Shown: piece by piece, positions 25,325 through 32,000 of the stretch
How the letters are laid out: the number at the start of each line of letters is the position of its first letter
Position numbering within the stretch: position 1 is the stretch's first letter
Origin: Erysipelotrichaceae bacterium
GTDB taxonomy: Bacteria > Bacillota_I > Bacilli_A > Erysipelotrichales > Erysipelotrichaceae
Assembly (NCBI GenBank): GCA_963663995.1
Contig: OY760660.1
Span: forward strand, 540,001 to 572,000
DNA: 32,000 nucleotides
Reading direction: 5' to 3'
Position numbers and translations under genes: made by a program
The notes under the pieces: model-generated
Told to the model about the DNA's origin: nothing
Databases searched by the model: none
Seen by the model: only the letters and a program-made list of their open reading frames with translations

Positions 25325-26150
25325 ACTCAAAGCACAGCGGTCCTAATACCCCTGTTTTTAGTTCTCTTAAAAATAAATCACGAGCCTCATTTAAACGATA
25401 ATCATCCGCTTTAACTAAATGACGTAATTTTGAAATTTGAAGATACAAATCATTAATTTGGTCTGTTTTAATTTGATAACGATTTTCAATATAATCAGGA
25501 TATCGCGTATTTAAATAATTGAAGGCAATCAGCGCTAATTCATCTGAAGGAATAACTTTTTCTGCAATTGATCCTGCTAAAGCTAAATTAATACCCACTT
25601 TTTCATCTTCAAATTTTGGCCATAAAACACCCGGTGTATCTAATACATCTAATTGTGGATGAACATTAGCCCATTTCAAAGACATCGTGACACCTGGACG
25701 ATTTGCTGAAACCATCAATTTCTTTTTAGCTAATTGATTAATTAAAGTAGATTTACCAACATTAGGTATACCGACAATCATTGCTTTTAATTTACGTGGA
25801 CGAATCCCTTTTCGTTTCCATCGCTCTAACTTCGTCGTCATTGCGACCATTACCGCATCAACCACTCGTTGACGTGTATTATCATGAAGTACATCTAAAC
25901 TAATAACTTCTACTTCATCAGCTTTTAAATGTTTAACCCATTTATCAACTTCTTTTGAATCGGCCATGTCTTTTTTAGTTAAGACAATCACTCTAGGCAT
26001 TTGTTTAGCTAAATCTAAAAGAAGTGGATTCACACTTGAATAAGGACATCTTGCATCTCTGAGTTCAATAACACAGTCAACTTGTTTTAATTTTTCTTCC
26101 ATTTCACGTTTTGCACGTGTCATGTGTCCTGGAAACCATTGAATGGTCAT
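25299..26150 (-). CDS. rbgA: Ribosome biogenesis GTPase A (RbgA/YlqF)
   Basis: MTIQWFPGHMTRAKRE. Circularly permuted GTPase motifs (LTKKD, GIPNVGKST, DTPG). Confidence 0.92.
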   Translation of the reverse strand: MTIQWFPGHMTRAKREMEEKLKQVDCVIELRDARCPYSSVNPLLLDLAKQMPRVIVLTKKDMADSKEVDKWVKHLKADEVEVISLDVLHDNTRQRVVDAVMVAMTTKLERWKRKGIRPRKLKAMIVGIPNVGKSTLINQLAKKKLMVSANRPGVTMSLKWANVHPQLDVLDTPGVLWPKFEDEKVGINLALAGSIAEKVIPSDELALIAFNYLNTRYPDYIENRYQIKTDQINDLYLQISKLRHLVKADDYRLNEARDLFLRELKTGVLGPLCFEYVEDLAGE

Positions 26151-26704
26151 GATTTAGCTCCTAAGACAAAGTGAATTTCATTAAATGGATAAAAGATAAT
26201 GACATCCTTACAAATGATGTCAGCCACTTGAAATGGTCCATAATCACGAGAATCAACAGAATACATGCGATTATCACCAGCTAAGAACACTTCACCTTCC
26301 GCAACCGTTAATGGCCCGAAATCGCGGTTAAAATAGCCAAATTGATCTGTTATTTCTTGTTTATAAGTATCATCAATAAAGTTTTCGTCATAAGCAAGAT
26401 CATTGATGTATAAAGTGTCATCTTTAAACTCAACTGTTTCACCTTCAAAGGCAATCACACGTTTGACTAAATAATCATCAATTTGTGGAGCATAGAAAAT
26501 AACCACATCAAAACGAGAGATTCCAAATAATTTATACATGAGGATATTCGAAAAACCCAACTGTTGATCTTTAAGGGTTGGATACATACTTGATTGATTG
26601 ACTTGTATCGGTTTAATAATCCACTGTGTTAAGACAAAAACAAAGACAACAGATATCACCAAAGATTTAAAAAATTCTAAAATCGGATTTTCTTGTTTTT
26701 CCAT
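26147..26704 (-). CDS. lepB: Signal peptidase I
   Basis: N-terminal TM, SSMYPTL (catalytic Ser), VKRVIAFEGE (catalytic Lys), GDNRMYSVDSRDYG. Confidence 0.92.
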   Translation of the reverse strand: MEKQENPILEFFKSLVISVVFVFVLTQWIIKPIQVNQSSMYPTLKDQQLGFSNILMYKLFGISRFDVVIFYAPQIDDYLVKRVIAFEGETVEFKDDTLYINDLAYDENFIDDTYKQEITDQFGYFNRDFGPLTVAEGEVFLAGDNRMYSVDSRDYGPFQVADIICKDVIIFYPFNEIHFVLGAKS

Positions 26705-26720
26705 ACTTTACCTATTATAT

Positions 26721-26748
26721 AAGAAAAAGCCGGTAATAACCGGCTTTA
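26721..26748 (-). terminator. Intrinsic terminator after rplS
   Basis: Minus strand: AAAGCCGG-TTATTA-CCGGCTTTTTCTT. Confidence 0.75.
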
Positions 26749-26750
26749 AA

Positions 26751-27098
26751 CTAACGAATTTCTTTAAGACGTGCTGCTTTACCAGATAATCCACGCATGT
26801 AGTATAGTCTACTACGACGTACTTTACCTTTACGAACGACTGTGATCTTTTCAATAAGTGGTGAGTGTACAGGGAATGTACGTTCAACCCCAATTTGAGA
26901 AGAAAGCTTACGAACGGTAAAAGTTTCAGCGATCCCTGCTCCGCTACGTGCGATGACTAAGCCTTCGAACGTTTGGATACGTGATTTATCCCCTTCTTTG
27001 ATATGTACGTCTACTTTAACTACATATCCAGGTCTAAATTCTGGGAGGTCGCTTCTGAGTTGGGACTTGGTAATTTGATCTACTAAGTTCAAGTTCAT
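26751..27098 (-). CDS. rplS: 50S ribosomal protein L19
   Basis: 115 aa. [39 protein letters not shown]. Confidence 0.97.
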   Translation of the reverse strand: MNLNLVDQITKSQLRSDLPEFRPGYVVKVDVHIKEGDKSRIQTFEGLVIARSGAGIAETFTVRKLSSQIGVERTFPVHSPLIEKITVVRKGKVRRSRLYYMRGLSGKAARLKEIR

Positions 27099-27204
27099 TT
27101 TTTACGCTCCTTCTAATGTGTTTTCTCACAGTTCATCCACCGTATTGTTTTGGTCAGCGGAACTGCCTAGCCCATAGGCTTATATAAAATAGCATACTAC
27201 TAAG
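27099..27204 (-). ncRNA. Structured rplS 5' leader (candidate L19 leader-type element)
   Basis: 106-nt trmD-rplS spacer, more GC-rich than its flanks. Hairpin GCCTA-TGGGC-TAGGC and an outer helix CAGTTC...GAACTG enclosing CCGC/GTGG pairing. An rplS leader RNA is known in low-GC Gram-positives, but I cannot confirm family membership by eye. Confidence 0.4.
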
Positions 27205-27942
27205 TTATTTATCAAGTTTTTTTAAACTTTCTTCTAATATTTCAATGAATAATTTTGTTTCTTCTTTGTTTAATTCATAATCTTTAAACAAATCTGGTCG
27301 AACTTCCCAAGTTTTTCTTAAAGATTCTTTTAATCTAAACTTTCTAATGTTTTCATGATGACCTGATTTTAAAACTTCAGGAATTACATCACCTTCATAT
27401 TCTTCAGGTCTTGTGTAATGAGGATATTCTAGCAAACCATTCTCAAAGCTTTCATCTAAATGTGAATCTTCTTTAATTACACCCTCCAGTAAGCGTGTAA
27501 TCGCATCGGCTAATACCATTGAAGGAAGTTCACCTCCGGTTAAGATATAATCCCCAATGGAAAATTCTTCATCAACCAGTTTCATCACTCTTTGATCAAT
27601 TCCTTCATAATGACCACATAACAAAATTAAATGATCCTCTTGCGCTAATTCGCGCACTTTACTTTGATGAATTGTTTGTCCTGAAGCTGAAGCTATCATC
27701 ACTTTACTAATATCAGTTCTGACACTTTTTAGCGCATCTGAGATCGGTTGAACAGCCATCACTAAACCTTGACCACCACCAAAAGGATAATCGTCAACAC
27801 GATTGTGTTTATTGGTTGTAAAACTTCGAATATCGACAAGTTCAAACTCGACTAAGTTTTTTAAACGCGCTTTTTTAATAATCGATGTATTTAAGAAGCC
27901 ATCAAACATTTCTGGAAAGAGCGTTAATATGGTTATCTTCAT
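27205..27942 (-). CDS. trmD: tRNA (guanine37-N1)-methyltransferase
   Basis: Start corrected to 27942 (MKITILTLFPEMF) with a GGAGGG SD and an ATGA overlap with the rimM stop. Also GGGQGLVM and LLCGHYEGIDQRV. Confidence 0.95.
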   Translation of the reverse strand: MKITILTLFPEMFDGFLNTSIIKKARLKNLVEFELVDIRSFTTNKHNRVDDYPFGGGQGLVMAVQPISDALKSVRTDISKVMIASASGQTIHQSKVRELAQEDHLILLCGHYEGIDQRVMKLVDEEFSIGDYILTGGELPSMVLADAITRLLEGVIKEDSHLDESFENGLLEYPHYTRPEEYEGDVIPEVLKSGHHENIRKFRLKESLRKTWEVRPDLFKDYELNKEETKLFIEILEESLKKLDK

Positions 27943-28439
27943 AATCCCTCCATCCAACGAACAACAATGCGTTTGTGGTCAAAATCCTTTTCTAAAATAA
28001 AAGCATCAACAACAGGGATTAAAACTTGTCTTTCTGCTGTTTGTACACGAATAAGGCCATGAGCTGCCCCATCTTCCCACTGTAGTACAACACCTCTTTT
28101 TTGATTGTTTTCATCATAAACTTCACAATCTTTATATTCAAAAGCATGAGGTCCTTCGACAAGTGAAATTTGATCAGCACGGACCATTAAATCACCTCTA
28201 GGCAATGTTTCAAGGGCAGTTAAATCATCATAACCTTCATAGGCGATTAATGCTTGGTTTTTATGATAACGCACAGAACGAATGGTTAATTCAATCAAAA
28301 CAGAATTTGTTTTTAAATAAAGTGTTTTTCCGATTTGAAAACGTTCATCAGCAAAATCACTGATGACAGCGACTTTCATTTCTCCTTTAAGACCAAAGGT
28401 CCCAACATATTTTCCAACTCTTATATATTTCTTTTCCAT
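27939..28439 (-). CDS. rimM: 16S rRNA processing protein RimM
   Basis: 166 aa. VGKYVGTFGLKGEMKV (the N-terminal G..G.KG motif) and a position between the KH protein and trmD. Confidence 0.9.
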   Translation of the reverse strand: MEKKYIRVGKYVGTFGLKGEMKVAVISDFADERFQIGKTLYLKTNSVLIELTIRSVRYHKNQALIAYEGYDDLTALETLPRGDLMVRADQISLVEGPHAFEYKDCEVYDENNQKRGVVLQWEDGAAHGLIRVQTAERQVLIPVVDAFILEKDFDHKRIVVRWMEGL

Positions 28440-28450
28440 AACCCTAATAG

Positions 28451-28475
28451 ATAAAAAGGATGTTTAACACATCCT
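28451..28475 (-). terminator. Intra-operon hairpin with U-tract between the KH-protein gene and rimM (attenuator candidate)
   Basis: Minus strand: AGGATGT-GTTAA-ACATCCT followed by TTTTAT. The 5' arm overlaps the stop codon. Confidence 0.45.
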
Positions 28476-28719
28476 AGTAAGATTCAAACTTGATGGACAA
28501 GCGTTTATGATCTAAACGCGCCGCAATTGACATCATGTTGCGAAGTGCAGTAGCCATTGAGCCTTTGCGTCCAATTAGACGTGCGACATCATCGCTATGT
28601 GCATACACATGTAAAACAATTTCATTCTCATTTAAGCTTTCCATTTCTTTAACACTTACACTTTCTTTGTTGTCACAAAGAGGTAAGACTAAATCATAGA
28701 GTGCTTTTTCGAGATTCAT
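28474..28719 (-). CDS. ylqC: KH-domain RNA-binding protein (YlqC/UPF0109 family)
   Basis: 81 aa. [13 protein letters not shown] (GxxG loop). Conserved position after rpsP. ATGA overlap with rpsP. Confidence 0.88.
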   Translation of the reverse strand: MNLEKALYDLVLPLCDNKESVSVKEMESLNENEIVLHVYAHSDDVARLIGRKGSMATALRNMMSIAARLDHKRLSIKFESY

Positions 28720-28994
28720 TTAGCTTTCTTGCTTTTTGATTCGTGAAATTGTTTCATGATGCCCGCATTTGATAACAAATTGCGAACAGTATCAGATGGT
28801 TGAGCTCCATCATTCAACCATTTCATTGCGAGTTCTTCATTGATCTTAACATCAATTGGATTTACCGTTGGGTTATAATAACCGATTGCTTCGATAAAAC
28901 GTCCATCACGAGGATAACGAGAATCAGCCGCAACAATACGGTAGAAAGGTGATTTTTTTGCGCCCATGCGCTTTAAACGTAGTTTAACTGCCAT
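28716..28994 (-). CDS. rpsP: 30S ribosomal protein S16
   Basis: Start corrected to 28994 ([21 protein letters not shown]) with an AGGAGG SD. The track N-terminal extension is leader sequence. Confidence 0.96.
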   Translation of the reverse strand: MAVKLRLKRMGAKKSPFYRIVAADSRYPRDGRFIEAIGYYNPTVNPIDVKINEELAMKWLNDGAQPSDTVRNLLSNAGIMKQFHESKSKKAK

Positions 28995-29028
28995 AAATAT
29001 ATAGCCTCCTATATTTGTTTCCTTCGCT

Positions 29029-29057
29029 AGTATACCTAAAGAAAAAAAGACTGTCAA
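29029..29057 (-). promoter_or_regulatory. Putative rpsP-operon promoter (TTGACA-17 nt-TATACT)
   Basis: Minus strand: TTGACA (29057-29052), a 17-nt spacer, TATACT (29034-29029). The -35 lies inside the 3' arm of the ffh terminator. Confidence 0.55.
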
Positions 29058-29074
29058 GTATTTAACCTTGACAG
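29041..29074 (-). terminator. Intrinsic terminator after ffh
   Basis: Minus strand: CTGTCAAG-GTTAAATA-CTTGACAG followed by TCTTTTTTTCTTT. Confidence 0.8.
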
Positions 29075-29079
29075 CTTGA

Positions 29080-30405
29080 TTAGAATTTCATATTTGGGTT
29101 ATTTTTCATTAAACGTTTTAAGTGACGCATTTGTTCTTTCGATTTTTCATATTGACGAATCAATCGATTAACATCGGTAACACTTACCCCGGCTCCTAAA
29201 GCAATACGATTTTTACGAGAAGCACGAAGTAAATTCGCATCATCTCTTTCTTCTTTAGTCATACTCAAAATAATAGCTTTATTCATCTTAATCATTTTTT
29301 GAGAATCTTCATCATTGACCTGTTGAGCCATTTGTCCCATTCCTGGTAACATTCCCATTAAACTTTTTAATGAACCCATTTTAGTGAGTTGATTAAACTG
29401 CGTTAACATATCATCAAACGTAAACTGACCTTCCATCATACGTTGCATAGAACGCTCAGCTGCATCTTGATCGAGTTTATCTTGAGCTTGTTCGACTAAG
29501 CTCATTAAATCACCCATACCAATTAAACGATTAGCCATACGATCCGGATAGAAAATATCGAAATCTTCAACCTTCTCACCAGTCCCCACTAATTTAACAG
29601 GGACATTGGTTAAAGCTTTAACTGATAAAACAGCGCCACCCTTCGCATCAGAATCAAATTTAGTTACAACTAAACCAGTGATATCTAAACGATCCTTAAA
29701 AGCCTTAGCTGTATTAATCACATCTTGCCCAGACATCGAGTCTACCGATAATAAAATTTCATCAGCCGATAAAACTTTAGCGAGTTGTGCAACTTCATCC
29801 ATTAAGGCTTCATCAACATGAAGACGTCCAGCCGTATCAATAATTAAAGCATTATTGTCCGATTTTTTAAATGTCTTAATCGCTTCTTGAACAATCTTTA
29901 AAGCTGAAGTTTCTTGATCATCCGTGTAATAATCCACATCAATGCTTTCAGCTAAGATACGTAGTTGTTCTTTTGCAGCAGGACGCTGTGTATCTGCTCC
30001 TACAAGTAAAGGTTTCTTCCCAGTTTTTTTCAATAGTAAAGCTAATTTAGCTGCTGAAGTTGTTTTACCACTACCTTGTAAACCCACTAAAATAAATGTT
30101 TTCTTTTGTGAGTTTGGCCATTCGAATTCAGGACTTTGTGGACCAAGAAGTTCAACTAAAGCATCATAGATGATTTTCATCAATGCTTCGTTAGCTTTTA
30201 ATGAACTAAAAATCTTTTGTCCTAAGGCTTGTTCTCTAATCGTTTTAGAAAAATCGTCAACAACCTTTCTTGATACATCCGCATCTAAAAGAGAAGATTG
30301 GACTTCTCCTAAAAGTTCATCTAATTGTTTTTCATTGATTCGATCTCTTTTCGTTATCTTACGAAAAGCATCATTCAGTTTATTGGATAGACTATCAAAC
30401 GCCAT
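29080..30405 (-). CDS. ffh: Signal recognition particle protein Ffh
   Basis: [25 protein letters not shown], and a Met-rich M domain ([20 protein letters not shown]). Confidence 0.96.
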   Translation of the reverse strand: MAFDSLSNKLNDAFRKITKRDRINEKQLDELLGEVQSSLLDADVSRKVVDDFSKTIREQALGQKIFSSLKANEALMKIIYDALVELLGPQSPEFEWPNSQKKTFILVGLQGSGKTTSAAKLALLLKKTGKKPLLVGADTQRPAAKEQLRILAESIDVDYYTDDQETSALKIVQEAIKTFKKSDNNALIIDTAGRLHVDEALMDEVAQLAKVLSADEILLSVDSMSGQDVINTAKAFKDRLDITGLVVTKFDSDAKGGAVLSVKALTNVPVKLVGTGEKVEDFDIFYPDRMANRLIGMGDLMSLVEQAQDKLDQDAAERSMQRMMEGQFTFDDMLTQFNQLTKMGSLKSLMGMLPGMGQMAQQVNDEDSQKMIKMNKAIILSMTKEERDDANLLRASRKNRIALGAGVSVTDVNRLIRQYEKSKEQMRHLKRLMKNNPNMKF

Positions 30406-30416
30406 TTAAATTCTCC

Positions 30417-31607
30417 TTATAAATAATCTTCATCAGTTTTTACACTGATAAATTCTGTGATTTTACTTGTATAAGCTTCTTGCATCAATTCCTCTAAACC
30501 AACACATTTGTTTTCCTCCACTAAAGTGAAGTCAAGTCTTGGCTTCGTTTTAGGATTGGACACCGCAAAGAGTGAACAACAATCTTCAAAAGGAAGAATG
30601 GATGTTTCATAGGTATTAATCTGTTTCGCAAGATTTACAATCTCTAGTTTATCATAGGTTAAAAGTGGTCTAAACATAGGAAGTCTTGACACTTCTTGAA
30701 TGGTTTGAATACTTTCAAGGGTTTGTGATGCGACTTGGCCAATACTATCACCCGTCACTATTGCTAAGCATTTACGCTCATCCGCAATCCAATTCGCAAT
30801 ACGGACAAAAGCTCTTCTCATTAACGTAATTCCATAACTATTGTCAGTTGGACGATAGAGTTCTTGTTGAGTCTTTGTAAAATCGACAATATGCATCGGA
30901 ATTACTGGTTGGAATTTTGTTAGGTGACGTACTAATGTTTCAACTTTTTCTAAAGATTGAGGCGATGTATAAGGTGGGGTCGCAAAGTGAACACATTCCA
31001 CTTTAACGCCACGCTTCATCATTAAATAAGCCGCTACAGGTGAATCGATACCCCCAGACATTAAGAGTAATGCTTTACCACTCACACCCACTGGCAGACC
31101 TTGTAAACCTTGATAGGTTCTAAGTCCAATTAAAGTTTCATCCGCATCTACTTCAATCCGAATACGGATATCAGGATGATGGACATCTACTTTATGATCT
31201 GTTGTGCTTAAAATTCTTGATGCGACAATACGATTAAGTTGATCTGAATTAAATGCTAGGGTTTTTACTTTACGTCTAGCGATGACTTTAAATGTAGAAA
31301 GACGTTCTAAACTCATGTGTAAAGTTGTAAGTTCAGCAATCTTATCAGGATCTGATTCACATTTAACAATTGGTGTAAAATTCGCAATCCCAAATATATT
31401 CTTTAAGATATCGATGACTTCATCCATTGGTTCATCATTCAGTTGAACAAGAATTCGGTCATATTTATTTAAAACTTTAACTTTTGGATAATTTTTTAAT
31501 TGTTCCTTGATATTAAAAATCAGTTTATCTACAAAAAACTTACGATTTTTCTTCTTTGTTGATAATTCGCCATAGCGAATAAGTATGTGATCTATTTTAG
31601 CGAGCAT
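30417..31607 (-). CDS. thiI: tRNA 4-thiouridine synthase ThiI (no rhodanese domain)
   Basis: HILIRYGELSTKKKNR (ferredoxin-like/THUMP N-terminus) and the PP-loop LLMSGGIDSPVAAYLM. The ATG at 31607 with an AAGGAAG SD is preferred over the track TTG at 31628. Confidence 0.9.
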   Translation of the reverse strand: MLAKIDHILIRYGELSTKKKNRKFFVDKLIFNIKEQLKNYPKVKVLNKYDRILVQLNDEPMDEVIDILKNIFGIANFTPIVKCESDPDKIAELTTLHMSLERLSTFKVIARRKVKTLAFNSDQLNRIVASRILSTTDHKVDVHHPDIRIRIEVDADETLIGLRTYQGLQGLPVGVSGKALLLMSGGIDSPVAAYLMMKRGVKVECVHFATPPYTSPQSLEKVETLVRHLTKFQPVIPMHIVDFTKTQQELYRPTDNSYGITLMRRAFVRIANWIADERKCLAIVTGDSIGQVASQTLESIQTIQEVSRLPMFRPLLTYDKLEIVNLAKQINTYETSILPFEDCCSLFAVSNPKTKPRLDFTLVEENKCVGLEELMQEAYTSKITEFISVKTDEDYL

Positions 31608-32000
31608 AGTTCTGTCTTCCTTTTTCAATTACTTCTATTAAACGATTGATATCTTCAATACTGTGTTTACTGCTTAAAGAAATACGAATAACGCCTTTTA
31701 GTACGTTTCCGCATTTTTTCATCGCTACAAGGACATGTGATGCCTTAAATGTCTTATCTGAACATGTAGCAGCAGCAGACGCATAGATATGATGATCGCC
31801 TAAGATATTTAACATCACTTGTGAAGGTAAATCAAGTATCGAGAAATTTAAGATATAAGGTGAACATTGATTTTCTGGACTGTTAATAACAACTTGATCT
31901 AGTTCAGATAAACGAGCTCGAAGATATTGATTAAGATGCTTCACATGATTAATGCTTTTTTGATGCTCATCGCTGGCTAAACGTAATGTCTTCGCAAAGA
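31597..32000 (-). CDS. Cysteine desulfurase (class V aminotransferase, NifZ/IscS-like), C-terminal part; 5' end outside the window
   Basis: The frame stays open to position 32000 (...FAKTLRLASDEHQKSINHVKHLNQ...). The 'M' in the track is an internal GTG. Active-site-loop Cys in SAAATCSDK. Adjacent to and overlapping thiI, like the Bacillus nifZ-thiI pair. Confidence 0.75.
   Translation of the reverse strand, partial: FAKTLRLASDEHQKSINHVKHLNQYLRARLSELDQVVINSPENQCSPYILNFSILDLPSQVMLNILGDHHIYASAAATCSDKTFKASHVLVAMKKCGNVLKGVIRISLSSKHSIEDINRLIEVIEKGRQNYAR

Overview
This is a compact, low-GC Bacillota-type chromosomal segment (possibly Erysipelotrichia/Clostridia-like; the taxon cannot be fixed from sequence alone). 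About 30 tightly packed genes are present, and all but three lie on the minus strand. Most of the window is a housekeeping block with Bacillus/Clostridium-like synteny. Read along the minus strand it runs: nifZ-like cysteine desulfurase, thiI, ffh, rpsP, KH protein, rimM, trmD, rplS, lepB, ylqF/rbgA, rnhB, dprA, topA, trmFO, xerC, rpsB, tsf, pyrH, frr, uppS, cdsA, rseP, and further on smc, ftsY, ylxM. I corrected several ORF-track starts by hand (rpsB, rpsP, trmD, trmFO, topA, uppS, rseP, thiI, rnhB, the SRAP gene and the LexA-like gene) using SD sites, conserved N-termini and stop/start overlaps. Two loci are not housekeeping. (1) 6909-13685 is a three-gene minus-strand operon. It encodes a type-II membrane protein of unknown function and a 1054-aa secreted GH73 peptidoglycan hydrolase ending in a clear duplicated dockerin. 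The third gene encodes an 884-aa protein with a signal peptide, an N-terminal cohesin-like module, six cadherin-like beta-sandwich repeats and a C-terminal TM anchor. I read this as a candidate non-cellulosomal cohesin-dockerin system that displays a wall hydrolase on a stalk, and it is the most interesting thing in the window. (2) 4147-6903 is an SOS-like mutagenesis cassette. An XRE-HTH/S24 LexA-like repressor is divergent from a Y-family polymerase, a 78-aa unknown protein and an SRAP (YedK/HMCES-type) protein. Two perfect ACTTGAA-N5-TTCAAGT palindromes sit over the divergent promoters. I also see several intrinsic terminators, candidate r-protein leader RNAs upstream of rpsB and rplS, and an 11-bp x3 direct repeat next to the rpsB promoter. 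I found no rRNA, tRNA, CRISPR array, IS element or prophage genes. All domain calls come from motif reading by eye; no HMM or BLAST searches were run.
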